DNA from: a virus
Length of the DNA stretch: 64,000 bases
Strand: one strand, 5' to 3'
IMG/VR virus record: IMGVR_UViG_3300020229_000001
Coordinates: 30,386-94,385 of that record
Position numbers and translations under genes: made by a program
The notes under the pieces: generated by a model
The model's database searches: none
What the model was told of the DNA's origin: nothing
Seen by the model: the letters and a program-made list of their open reading frames with translations, nothing else
Shown: piece by piece, positions 56,824 to 64,000 of the stretch
Numbering within the stretch: the first letter of the stretch is position 1
How the letters are laid out: every line of letters begins with the position of its first letter

Positions 56824-57879
56824 TTACTGGTTAACTACGAAGTGCCGCAGAAACTCTTCTGCCGCGTTGTGGAAGCCTGTGCCAAGAGCAAGGGCTTCGT
56901 CAATCTCTCCCAGCCTTTTTGTTGGCTGTTCGTAACGGAGAAAGTGATACCTGCTGCACTTGCGAAGTGCCGTCAGGCGCGAGTTGGTCAGGAGCTGTTT
57001 TTCTCCTTCCTTGAGGGTCAGCTCTGCGTGTTTTGTCGCAGGTCCGAATCGGATGTTGTCCACGGTCGCCCGGCCTGCGCACAGGTCGTAGAACTCGCAG
57101 GTTCCGTACTGCGTGCACGCTCCCGGGTTTCGTGGCCATAGGTTGCGATTGCGGAAATACAGAAGTTGCTGGGACATGGCCCACGCATCCCCCATGTACT
57201 CAAGCAGGTCGTTGTCGGTGCGTCCGACTTCCTTTACAGCAAAGTAAGAATCCCGCTTTTCATTGATCTCACCAAGCGTCCGGGCGGATAACTCCTCGAG
57301 GGTCTCTGGCCGGGTTTGTAAGACGTACCCGGCGTCAGTGTCCGCCGTCTGTCTCCACTTTTTTCCGTCCTTTGTGCGTACCCGCTCCCCGGCTGCGTCG
57401 AGGACGATCTTGACGCCCTCCTCGTCCAGCAACGGAATGTTGCCAAGCTTATACCCGGGCTTGCGGACAACGTCGTACACGACCGTGTTGGCGTCGATGC
57501 CCCGGGAGCGCAGGCTTAGGATGTACTTGCTGATCTGGGTGTCCATTGTGAGACGCCCCCAATACATCGAGTCGGCGTCGATTGAGTCGCTGGTCGTTTT
57601 GTGCTCGAGGACCTTGAGCACCCCGGTCTGCTTGTGACGCAGGACCCCGTCGATCTTCCCGGCTTCGAGGAAAGACCGAGAGGGAGCCTCGGTCTCCGGG
57701 TTTAGCAGTGGGAACGTGAATTCCGACTCCACTTCAAGAACGTCGTGCGCCTCGAGCACCGGGATGAATGACTCCACCCAGCCCATGAATAGGCCCCGGG
57801 CTTTGGCCAGCGCCACGTCGGTTGCCGGGACCCGGGAAAGACCGCCAGTGACTGCGGTACGATAGATTGATGTGTCCAT
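56824..57879 (-). CDS. Cas4/AddB-like PD-(D/E)XK exonuclease, circularly permuted
   Basis: VESEF, GKIDG, EHKT, QISKY, C-x5-C-x5-C; the normally N-terminal NSRL..CSR..GTGFH segment is at the C-terminus. Confidence 0.85.
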   Translation of the reverse strand: MDTSIYRTAVTGGLSRVPATDVALAKARGLFMGWVESFIPVLEAHDVLEVESEFTFPLLNPETEAPSRSFLEAGKIDGVLRHKQTGVLKVLEHKTTSDSIDADSMYWGRLTMDTQISKYILSLRSRGIDANTVVYDVVRKPGYKLGNIPLLDEEGVKIVLDAAGERVRTKDGKKWRQTADTDAGYVLQTRPETLEELSARTLGEINEKRDSYFAVKEVGRTDNDLLEYMGDAWAMSQQLLYFRNRNLWPRNPGACTQYGTCEFYDLCAGRATVDNIRFGPATKHAELTLKEGEKQLLTNSRLTALRKCSRYHFLRYEQPTKRLGEIDEALALGTGFHNAAEEFLRHFVVNQ

Positions 57880-57880
57880 G

Positions 57881-58498
57881 TTAGATTTCGGTTTCTGCTT
57901 CTTCTGTTTCGATTAATTCGTCGTCTCCGTCAACCCGGCGATTGGCAACAAGCTCTGGGTAGCCGCAAGTGATTAGGTTTCTACGGAGCGTTGTGCTGCT
58001 CAACAACTGGTTGTTTTTAAAACCAACGACCCACTGGTCAAACTTGGAAAACTGGCCCTTCTCCCCGGCAATAGTGTCGCCCACGATGTCCCACCAGATA
58101 ACGCAAGCTGTGTGCGCTCGTTCTGGCTCTGGAAGAAAGCCGACTTGCCATACCCATTCCTGCACCTTTCTGCCTTTTTTTAGGACACTGAACTCTTGAG
58201 TGGCATAATAAAGCGCCTCCTCTTCCAATGTGTAAGGTCTCCACGAGTTTTCATAAATTGAGTCACAGACTCGATAAAGCGCTAAAAACTGACTTGGACT
58301 TAATTTAAGTTCCGCTACTTCGGCATCCCGATTTTTAGGCTCCATGCGATTGATAAGCACAACCCTTCTTAACATTGAGGTGGCGCTGAAGTTCCCGGCA
58401 ACCGCTTTGAGCATTGAGACCTGTTTTGCATCGGACCCGGTGACGGCCTGTAGCAGACCTCGGGCAATTTTGCTGTCCCACTTTTTGAGTGTTTTCAT
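57881..58498 (-). CDS. Hypothetical protein
   Basis: 205-aa packed ORF. Confidence 0.6.
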   Translation of the reverse strand: MKTLKKWDSKIARGLLQAVTGSDAKQVSMLKAVAGNFSATSMLRRVVLINRMEPKNRDAEVAELKLSPSQFLALYRVCDSIYENSWRPYTLEEEALYYATQEFSVLKKGRKVQEWVWQVGFLPEPERAHTACVIWWDIVGDTIAGEKGQFSKFDQWVVGFKNNQLLSSTTLRRNLITCGYPELVANRRVDGDDELIETEEAETEI

Positions 58499-58713
58499 TA
58501 TTCAAGACGTGAAAGGGTTTCGATTGCTGTGAAGAAGGTGATGGCGAGAAGCGCCAGAATGGCGAGGAACTCGTATGGGGTTTGCGCCAGCCTGTAGAGC
58601 CAGTACACGTCTGCTGCGCCAAGGACGAGCAGCGCCACAACAAAGGGCAGTGGGCGCTCTGGAGCCCGGTCTGCGGGGCTGCTGGGGAGGAGAATGCGAG
58701 GTGGTTTAGACAT
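58498..58713 (-). CDS. Small 2-TM membrane protein
   Basis: Two hydrophobic helices; TAATG overlap with the next gene. Confidence 0.6.
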   Translation of the reverse strand: MSKPPRILLPSSPADRAPERPLPFVVALLVLGAADVYWLYRLAQTPYEFLAILALLAITFFTAIETLSRLE

Positions 58714-58746
58714 ATGATCGATTAATTTTAATTATTACACTCTGAC

Positions 58747-58797
58747 GGCCTCGTCAGCGCCCGCATTACGGGTCGGACCCCCGGAGGGGTTTCGGCC
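58747..58797 (-). ncRNA. Type II hammerhead ribozyme
   Basis: Minus strand: GGCC GAAA CCCC-UCCG-GGGG UC^ CG-A-CCCGU-AAU-GCGGG-CG CUGACGA GGCC. All core nucleotides and three stems are present; predicted cleavage between 58776 and 58775. Confidence 0.88.
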
Positions 58798-58970
58798 TAG
58801 GCTTTACGCACACTGTAGTCAATACCTTCTAGCCCCCCGTTTTCACTAAGGTGCTGGCGGGCCAACTTCCTTGCGTCCTCGGAAGTTACGGCCTCAACTG
58901 TGAAACTGCCATTACAAGAGGAAGGATAGTAGCGGCAAGAATAAGAGCAGATGAAGGATGCGGCGTTCAT
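58797..58970 (-). CDS. 57-aa early protein
   Basis: Manual translation MNAASFICSYSCRYYPSSCNGSFTVEAVTSEDARKLARQHLSENGGLEGIDYSVRKA; A-rich leader. Confidence 0.55.
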   Translation of the reverse strand: MNAASFICSYSCRYYPSSCNGSFTVEAVTSEDARKLARQHLSENGGLEGIDYSVRKA

Positions 58971-59102
58971 TGGATTAGTTTATTTTTAAGGTTCACTGCG
59001 ACCGACGAAATGAACTTATTCCACATCCATTTTACTGGCGAGCAATTTGTGAATTTATTTTCAGATCTTTTCCACAAAAACACACAAGTGGCTAGTTTTA
59101 AA

Positions 59103-59276
59103 CTAGTAGCGATAGGTGGTTTTTGCCCCTTTTTTCTTTATTGGTGTTCCCAAAACAGGCCCGCGACCTTGAATTTTGTCAAAATTGGCGCGAAACTTTA
59201 CGCGGTCTACCGGGCGAGCTTCATCTCCTTTTCCTGCGCCGTGTCCAAACTGGTTAGATGCAATTGGTTGCGACAT
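59103..59276 (-). CDS. 57-aa basic protein (GAGKGD..RPVD..F..NFDKI type)
   Basis: Manual translation; pattern recalled from small phage proteins. Confidence 0.6.
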   Translation of the reverse strand: MSQPIASNQFGHGAGKGDEARPVDRVKFRANFDKIQGRGPVLGTPIKKKGAKTTYRY

Positions 59277-59463
59277 GCGGATCGATGTTAAATGTGATGT
59301 TTTTTTCTATCAATAGCTGATCAGAACGAAAGTGCCGAATGCGCCCGTCATGCAGCGCAACGGCCCAAACGTCGTTTGCAAAAGTCCCTGATTCAGAGAC
59401 ATATATTGCCATGCCGTCGCCTAGATCCGTTTTCACCGGGATGGGGCGTCTGAATTCAAGCAT
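59254..59463 (-). CDS. Small hypothetical protein
   Basis: PIPVKTDLGDGMAI..NDVWAV..GRIRHF; TAATG overlap. Confidence 0.6.
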   Translation of the reverse strand: MLEFRRPIPVKTDLGDGMAIYVSESGTFANDVWAVALHDGRIRHFRSDQLLIEKNITFNIDPHVATNCI

Positions 59464-59630
59464 TACTTACAGCAGTTTTTTGTGGGGATGCCCTGCATTC
59501 CCTTTTTGAGACCGCCAATCTTGCCGTTTAACTTTTTCTTTGTCTTCGGACTTAATCTGCTGTTCATCAACTCGTTTTGAGTCTCTGTGATTTCGATATG
59601 GCGCTTGAGGTGCGGATTTTTGTGGGTCAT
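59463..59630 (-). CDS. 55-aa Lys-rich protein
   Basis: Manual translation MTHKNPHLKRHIEITETQNELMNSRLSPKTKKKLNGKIGGLKKGMQGIPTKNCCK; coupled by ATGA and TAATG overlaps. Confidence 0.55.
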   Translation of the reverse strand: MTHKNPHLKRHIEITETQNELMNSRLSPKTKKKLNGKIGGLKKGMQGIPTKNCCK

Positions 59631-59815
59631 AACGTGGGATCTTTGCGGGAGGAAAGCGCATGCCTGCGCAGCAAGTCTGTGCGTTTTGGTCTAGTCTCTT
59701 TGCTCCCGCCAGTTTCAGACACGGCGATTGCGTGAGCGTGACTGCGAGGAGCCATCGCTTGTTCCGCGCCTTTAATTGGCTTATGCGCTCGAGTGAATTG
59801 ACTTTTAGATTTCAT
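59627..59815 (-). CDS. Small basic protein
   Basis: 62 aa, Arg/Lys/His-rich. Confidence 0.5.
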   Translation of the reverse strand: MKSKSQFTRAHKPIKGAEQAMAPRSHAHAIAVSETGGSKETRPKRTDLLRRHALSSRKDPTL

Positions 59816-59842
59816 GTCACAAGACAGCAACTTTAGCAGGAG

Positions 59843-60049
59843 TTAAGGCGCAGCCGAAAGAGCAGCGGCAAGCTGTTCTTGCTGTTCTTTTGGATGTTGA
59901 ATTATATCTAGAAGCGTAGACGCAAGTGCCATCCGGAAAGCAAATTGCCCAGATTGTTCAATGACATCTTTTAAGATTTCTTCGGCGGTTACTTTGGAGA
60001 GATCAATGTTTTTTATGGCCTCAAGGATAGGATCAGTTTTATCGGACAT
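59843..60049 (-). CDS. Small acidic helical protein
   Basis: 68 aa, TAATG overlap. Confidence 0.55.
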   Translation of the reverse strand: MSDKTDPILEAIKNIDLSKVTAEEILKDVIEQSGQFAFRMALASTLLDIIQHPKEQQEQLAAALSAAP

Positions 60050-60276
60050 TATTTTCTTCTTTTAGGGAGTCGCTTTGCGGGGTTTTTTTCTTTGCGGTCA
60101 AGAGGTTTGGAATCTGATGCGCCGGGCATTATCATCTTTTTGTTTTTTGGCATACTCTCCACAGGAGCAGCCATAGGCATGGATTTCTTTTTAGAGCCTC
60201 TCACAGCATCCAGCCCAATGTTAATTTCGGGAGATGCAAACTTTAGCGTAGCAGCAGATGATGATGGTGATTTCAT
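60049..60276 (-). CDS. Small Lys-rich protein
   Basis: 75 aa, ATGA overlap. Confidence 0.55.
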   Translation of the reverse strand: MKSPSSSAATLKFASPEINIGLDAVRGSKKKSMPMAAPVESMPKNKKMIMPGASDSKPLDRKEKNPAKRLPKRRK

Positions 60277-60500
60277 TGGAAAATCTCTTTGTAGAACTCG
60301 TCTGCCAAATCAAACGCAAGCGGAATTCGGTCTTCGATGTCGGTGGTAAGGTCCGGGTTGTTGATCAGGGCGTGAAATATAAGAAGCGCAGCAAGCTCTC
60401 TGATCCCCACTCCGGAATTGGCTTTCTGGGGAGGATTTACGGCATCCCCGGGATATGGCGCAACTGGCATTACTGGAAAGTTTTTTGGAATGTATGACAT
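60273..60500 (-). CDS. Small hypothetical protein
   Basis: G.GIRELAA..AL..NP..AFDLAD pattern. Confidence 0.6.
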   Translation of the reverse strand: MSYIPKNFPVMPVAPYPGDAVNPPQKANSGVGIRELAALLIFHALINNPDLTTDIEDRIPLAFDLADEFYKEIFQ

Positions 60501-60503
60501 AAA

Positions 60504-61214
60504 TTAGAACGTCCTAGTCTCCCACAACTTCCGAGCGCCCGCAACATCAATGCTTGACTTCCCGATGCGGTCATTCACTGCGTTATGCAGACAAACTCCC
60601 CACGCAAAGAATTCACCAAAGTCAGCAGGGTTAAGTGCCATCCATTCTTTAAGGTGTGCCTCGCACGGGCAACCGTCAAACGGGAGAGAAGCCACCCAAG
60701 CCTCAAGCCAGTATCGCATGTCACCAAACGGGATGCATGTGGCATCAGCCCGGAGGCTATAGAGGTGCAGCTCCGCCCAGTACCGGGCTCCCTGCATAAG
60801 AATGCGGCTCTTTTGAAGTTCGCTACGCTGCTCAATCCGTTCAACCTCATTGCCGACATCAAACACCCATTTGTCGTGCGTTTCCCAGTCCGTGGACGTG
60901 GCTATTGCGGCTTCCCGCTCCAATGCCATTGCTACGACGTGCTGACGGTGATACGGGGCAGCAGGGTCGTCCCCGGGCTCCTCGAGCTTGGGGTTGTCGG
61001 TGTCAAACTTGGTCACCTGCTCATCGGTAATGCCGTCGCGTTTGCACAAAAACGCTTCGACCATCTCGTGGATTGCCACGAGCAGGACCGAAACGTCCCG
61101 GCCACCGTACTCTGGGACCTTGAGCATTAGTGCTCCATCGGCCAACCATTCCCAGTCGCCAGCCGTTGGGTAACGCATTGCGCTGGGGTCTACAGTCTTA
61201 ATTTCAATCCTCAT
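60504..61214 (-). CDS. Fusion: zincin-like domain plus Erv1/Alr-like sulfhydryl oxidase domain
   Basis: N-half AIHEMVE..EPGDDP.APYH.QH..E; C-half YWAELH..LPFDGCPCEAH..FAW..LHNAVNDRIGK. Confidence 0.7.
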   Translation of the reverse strand: MRIEIKTVDPSAMRYPTAGDWEWLADGALMLKVPEYGGRDVSVLLVAIHEMVEAFLCKRDGITDEQVTKFDTDNPKLEEPGDDPAAPYHRQHVVAMALEREAAIATSTDWETHDKWVFDVGNEVERIEQRSELQKSRILMQGARYWAELHLYSLRADATCIPFGDMRYWLEAWVASLPFDGCPCEAHLKEWMALNPADFGEFFAWGVCLHNAVNDRIGKSSIDVAGARKLWETRTF

Positions 61215-62475
61215 CGAATGTTGATAGCCCGATTTCTTTCATCTTATCAATTTGCTCACGCACCTGCTCAATCGCCCCGGTCTTTCCCTCGAGGTAGTAC
61301 CCCTCGACAAGCTCGGCGTTCTCGAGCGCATGATCAAAAGCTTCTTCTAGCGTGTTTCCAAGTCCAACAACTGCGCCAATTTCCGGGAGTCCGCAGGATT
61401 GTGGAATAACAAAGTACCCACGGTCATCTTTGTAAATATTCCGCAATTTAACGTAATCTCGGATCTCTTCAGGAAACCGCAGCGGTTGCCAATTCTTGTC
61501 TGCAAAGCTGCTATGAAGCATGATCTCCGCCCCGTACTTAGCAACGGGCTCCGGGTTGATCACAACTCCGTTTGCCCCGGCCCAGATACACTCGGCCAAA
61601 TTTTTGTACTGTTCTTGGTAAAGCTCATTCGGAGGACTAGGAGCCCGAGCGCAGAAATCGATCATGTACGGCTTGTGGTCAGCCCCAATGCGGATCTCGG
61701 ACGAGAAAAAACCACGATAGCCGTAAGCCTGAAACACCGGGACCATGCGGTCGTTGAATCGGCGAAGAGGTTCCGGGATGTCAGCGTAATTCTTGAATAC
61801 TGATGCAAATCCGCAGTCTTTAACTTCAATGCCGCTAATCAGCGTCTTGGGAAATTGGCCGTCAATTGTCCAAGCATCGGTTCCAAATTCAATCTTATCG
61901 TCGAGAGCCTCTTCGACCGTGAATTCGATGATGTCTTTGAACCTACCAAGACCCCACTCAACCTCGTCGAGTTTAGGCTCCACAAGGTCGTAGGAGAGGC
62001 TGTGGAACGTTTCAAACGTCCCACGGTACTTGTCAGTCTTGACGTAGACATTGGGGTGGTCTTTAAGGAACTCTCGAAGATCCGCCATGCCCTTGACGTG
62101 AGTGTATTGACCCACAGGCATGTCTATCGCCTTGAGGATCTCTTTCATGCCCTCCCGGTTTAACTCGAGGCATTCCCCGGTCCGAGACCCCCAGACAACC
62201 TTGCCCATTTTGAGCAAGTGTTCCTGTTCCCATCCAAAATAGATGTCCGGGAAGCAGAACAGGTCAATCTCGTCAAAGTGTGGGCCGTAGATTGAATCTA
62301 CAAGCTCCAGCTCTTCAATGCCTGTGCCGATTTTGGCGAGGTTTAGCCTCGGAAAAGCAGACTCCCACGGGACGTAGTAGTACACTTTCTTGTACGTCTT
62401 CGCGAGCTTGATTGCCAACTCGCAGAACAACCCGTTATCAACAACGAGGCAAACTACGTCTTTAGGGTCTTTCAT
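61204..62475 (-). CDS. PurD-like ATP-grasp ligase
   Basis: VWGS..LELNR..K..DMP, VYVK, VEEAL..IE, GYRGFFS..YMIDFCARAPSP align with GAR synthetase motifs, but the GPNTGGMG loop is missing. Confidence 0.8.
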   Translation of the reverse strand: MKDPKDVVCLVVDNGLFCELAIKLAKTYKKVYYYVPWESAFPRLNLAKIGTGIEELELVDSIYGPHFDEIDLFCFPDIYFGWEQEHLLKMGKVVWGSRTGECLELNREGMKEILKAIDMPVGQYTHVKGMADLREFLKDHPNVYVKTDKYRGTFETFHSLSYDLVEPKLDEVEWGLGRFKDIIEFTVEEALDDKIEFGTDAWTIDGQFPKTLISGIEVKDCGFASVFKNYADIPEPLRRFNDRMVPVFQAYGYRGFFSSEIRIGADHKPYMIDFCARAPSPPNELYQEQYKNLAECIWAGANGVVINPEPVAKYGAEIMLHSSFADKNWQPLRFPEEIRDYVKLRNIYKDDRGYFVIPQSCGLPEIGAVVGLGNTLEEAFDHALENAELVEGYYLEGKTGAIEQVREQIDKMKEIGLSTFDED

Positions 62476-62675
62476 TTTTTCTTTTTTACAGGCTTTTTCA
62501 TTTTTGCCAAAGTCCCCATTTTTGCTGGTTTGGCGGGGTTTGCTGTCTTTGCAGACTGCTTGAATGCCTTTGATGTTGGAGCACCCTTGGCTCCGGGCTT
62601 ACGCATCTTTTCGCCGCTACCAGCAGCAATGCGTTTCCGTTTAGCGTTTACGTTAGCGTAGAGTCCTTCTTTCAT
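62472..62675 (-). CDS. Small basic phage protein (GLYAN.NAKRKRI.AGSGEKMRKPG type)
   Basis: Recognisable Lys-rich small-protein pattern; ATGA overlaps at both ends. Confidence 0.75.
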   Translation of the reverse strand: MKEGLYANVNAKRKRIAAGSGEKMRKPGAKGAPTSKAFKQSAKTANPAKPAKMGTLAKMKKPVKKKK

Positions 62676-62728
62676 TTGCAGTTCCAACGTTTGAGTGATG
62701 CGGCCTTCCGAGTTACGTTTTTTGGCAT
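62672..62728 (-). pseudogene. Internally deleted 18-aa remnant of the DUF6321-like gene
   Basis: MPKNVTRKAASLKRWNCK occupies the same position as the gene at 1-205, with the same MPK start joined to a DUF6321-like C-terminus. Confidence 0.6.
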
Positions 62729-62729
62729 A

Positions 62730-64000
62730 TTATTCTTCGTCTTCTCCTTCAGCTTCTTTTCGCAGTTTTTCTGCCGCTTTGATTGCTTTTTCTTTTTCCA
62801 TCAATTGCTTCAAAAGTCCTTTATTTGGTGACTTTACGCCAGTCAATTGAGCCTCATCGGCCTCGGACAAGAGTCGCACTGTTTTCCCTTTACGATCCAC
62901 TTGGAACAAACCTCCAGCTTGGATGATGTCCAAAGAAAACTTGGCGGCGTCAGCGTAGTCCGCTGGTTCTGCTCCGCTGGTGGCCGCGCCGTACTTCCCA
63001 AACAGCTCCTTCTCATTAAACCACAAGGCGGCTTGCATGTCAGCAATCGAAACATTAATCCCGGCCTGAGCGAGCCTAGCCTGAGCCTGTTCCATTGTCG
63101 TCTGTTGAAAAGCACGCTCATTACTTGCCCGGGGGGCGGCAAGCGGCGTCGTTCGATCTTGAACCCAATTCTTGGCGGCTCTTCGTAATTCGGTTTTTCC
63201 CTTGAAGCTGCCAGTTCTGAACACTTTTTCGAGGTGCTCCGCAAACTGAAGCAGTGCGCCACTATCTTCCAATAATTTGTGAAACTCTTTTTTGGAGCCT
63301 TTAGGGGCGTCCTCGCCGTAGAGGTAAGGCTCTTCGACTCCTTTTTTAATAAGCACTCGGTCGGTGTACTCTTTGCCTTTTTTGATGGCTTGATTCCGAT
63401 TGTATTCCTCAATCAACGAGTCTTGGAACCGCTCAAATTGATGCCCCTCCTTGAGAGGATCATACTTAAATGAGCGACCAAGAATTCGATTCCACGTTCG
63501 GGTATACCAAAGGTCGGCGGTGAGGGTCGAGTAGTCGCCATGAAGGTTATTAATAAACGATCCGATTTTTGGCCCAAAGACCATAAACCCGGTCACCATT
63601 TGATTTTTACCGCCCTCAACAGACAGCGGCTCCCCGTTGTAATACAGGGAAGTGTCTTGCTTCAGATTCTTGTTCCAATTTGCAACAGTGTCCGTTTTGA
63701 ACAAAAGGGTTCGGAGCTGGCTTGGGGTATGTCTTGTCAGCAACTCGTGCAATTTTAATATGTTGTTTTCAATCGCGGCAGTCTTGTCGCCAAACGTGCC
63801 ATGCAGTGCGGTGACAATCTCTGGAAGAGTTTTGCCCTGCTCCAGCATTAGAGTCACCCGAGTTGCCATCTTTCCATTCTCGAAGACGTCGTTGCCCTGA
63901 GACGCAATCCCGAGAACCGCATCGAAAACAAGGCTCTTGTCTGCGTCGTGCTGGGGAGACCCAACCTCGAGCCACGGAAAGAGTTGCGAGTACATTCCCT
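62730..64000 (-). CDS. 3' end of a second, diverged copy of the giant polyvalent gene; truncated by the window edge
   Basis: 408/421 aa identical to the C-terminus of the 3468-aa protein. Confidence 0.9.
   Translation of the reverse strand, partial: GMYSQLFPWLEVGSPQHDADKSLVFDAVLGIASQGNDVFENGKMATRVTLMLEQGKTLPEIVTALHGTFGDKTAAIENNILKLHELLTRHTPSQLRTLLFKTDTVANWNKNLKQDTSLYYNGEPLSVEGGKNQMVTGFMVFGPKIGSFINNLHGDYSTLTADLWYTRTWNRILGRSFKYDPLKEGHQFERFQDSLIEEYNRNQAIKKGKEYTDRVLIKKGVEEPYLYGEDAPKGSKKEFHKLLEDSGALLQFAEHLEKVFRTGSFKGKTELRRAAKNWVQDRTTPLAAPRASNERAFQQTTMEQAQARLAQAGINVSIADMQAALWFNEKELFGKYGAATSGAEPADYADAAKFSLDIIQAGGLFQVDRKGKTVRLLSEADEAQLTGVKSPNKGLLKQLMEKEKAIKAAEKLRKEAEGEDEE

Noticed and set aside
56824-57879. 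Cas4 as part of a CRISPR-Cas locus
   Set aside because: No cas1/cas2 or array; the context is a phage recombination module with a Sak4-like ATPase and SSB.
59467-59661. ORF-track 64-aa ORF
   Set aside because: The alternative frame 59463-59630 couples exactly to both neighbours (ATGA, TAATG) and is preferred.
61204-62475. Bona fide purD auxiliary metabolic gene
   Set aside because: Substrate-loop motifs are absent and there are no other purine genes; kept as PurD-like only.
1-64000. Integrase, repressor, DNA/RNA polymerase, tRNA genes
   Set aside because: No supporting motifs recognised by eye; highly divergent versions (e.g. in the unassigned N-terminal half of the giant protein) cannot be excluded without HMM searches.

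Overview
The window holds what looks like one complete, circularly permuted genome (unit length about 62.5 kb) of a tailed dsDNA phage with podovirus-like morphogenesis genes. Essentially all genes are on the minus strand. Bases ~196-1477 recur at ~62719-64000 (offset 62,523) as a diverged, non-identical copy. In transcription order (right to left) the modules are: small basic proteins with a PurD-like ATP-grasp ligase and a zincin/Erv1-Alr fusion; early genes with a type II hammerhead ribozyme; recombination and replication genes (circularly permuted Cas4/AddB-like exonuclease, Sak4-like ATPase, SSB-like protein, RusA, DUF1376 initiator with internal iterons, DnaC-like loader); early hypotheticals; TerS/TerL; portal, scaffold, two glycosyltransferases, an FGE-fold protein and the major capsid protein; a collagen-like fibre; a lysis cassette; a second collagen-like fibre, a Gly-rich adhesin and a second glycosylation cassette; adaptor and nozzle; ejection proteins, three of which share a C-terminal FxxPxxxxxxFGG-X tag; and a 3468-aa polyvalent protein whose domains are separated by a repeated RF[MI]P[DE] motif. 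No integrase, DNA polymerase, tRNA or CRISPR array was recognised. All functional calls come from motif recognition by eye, with no database searches.
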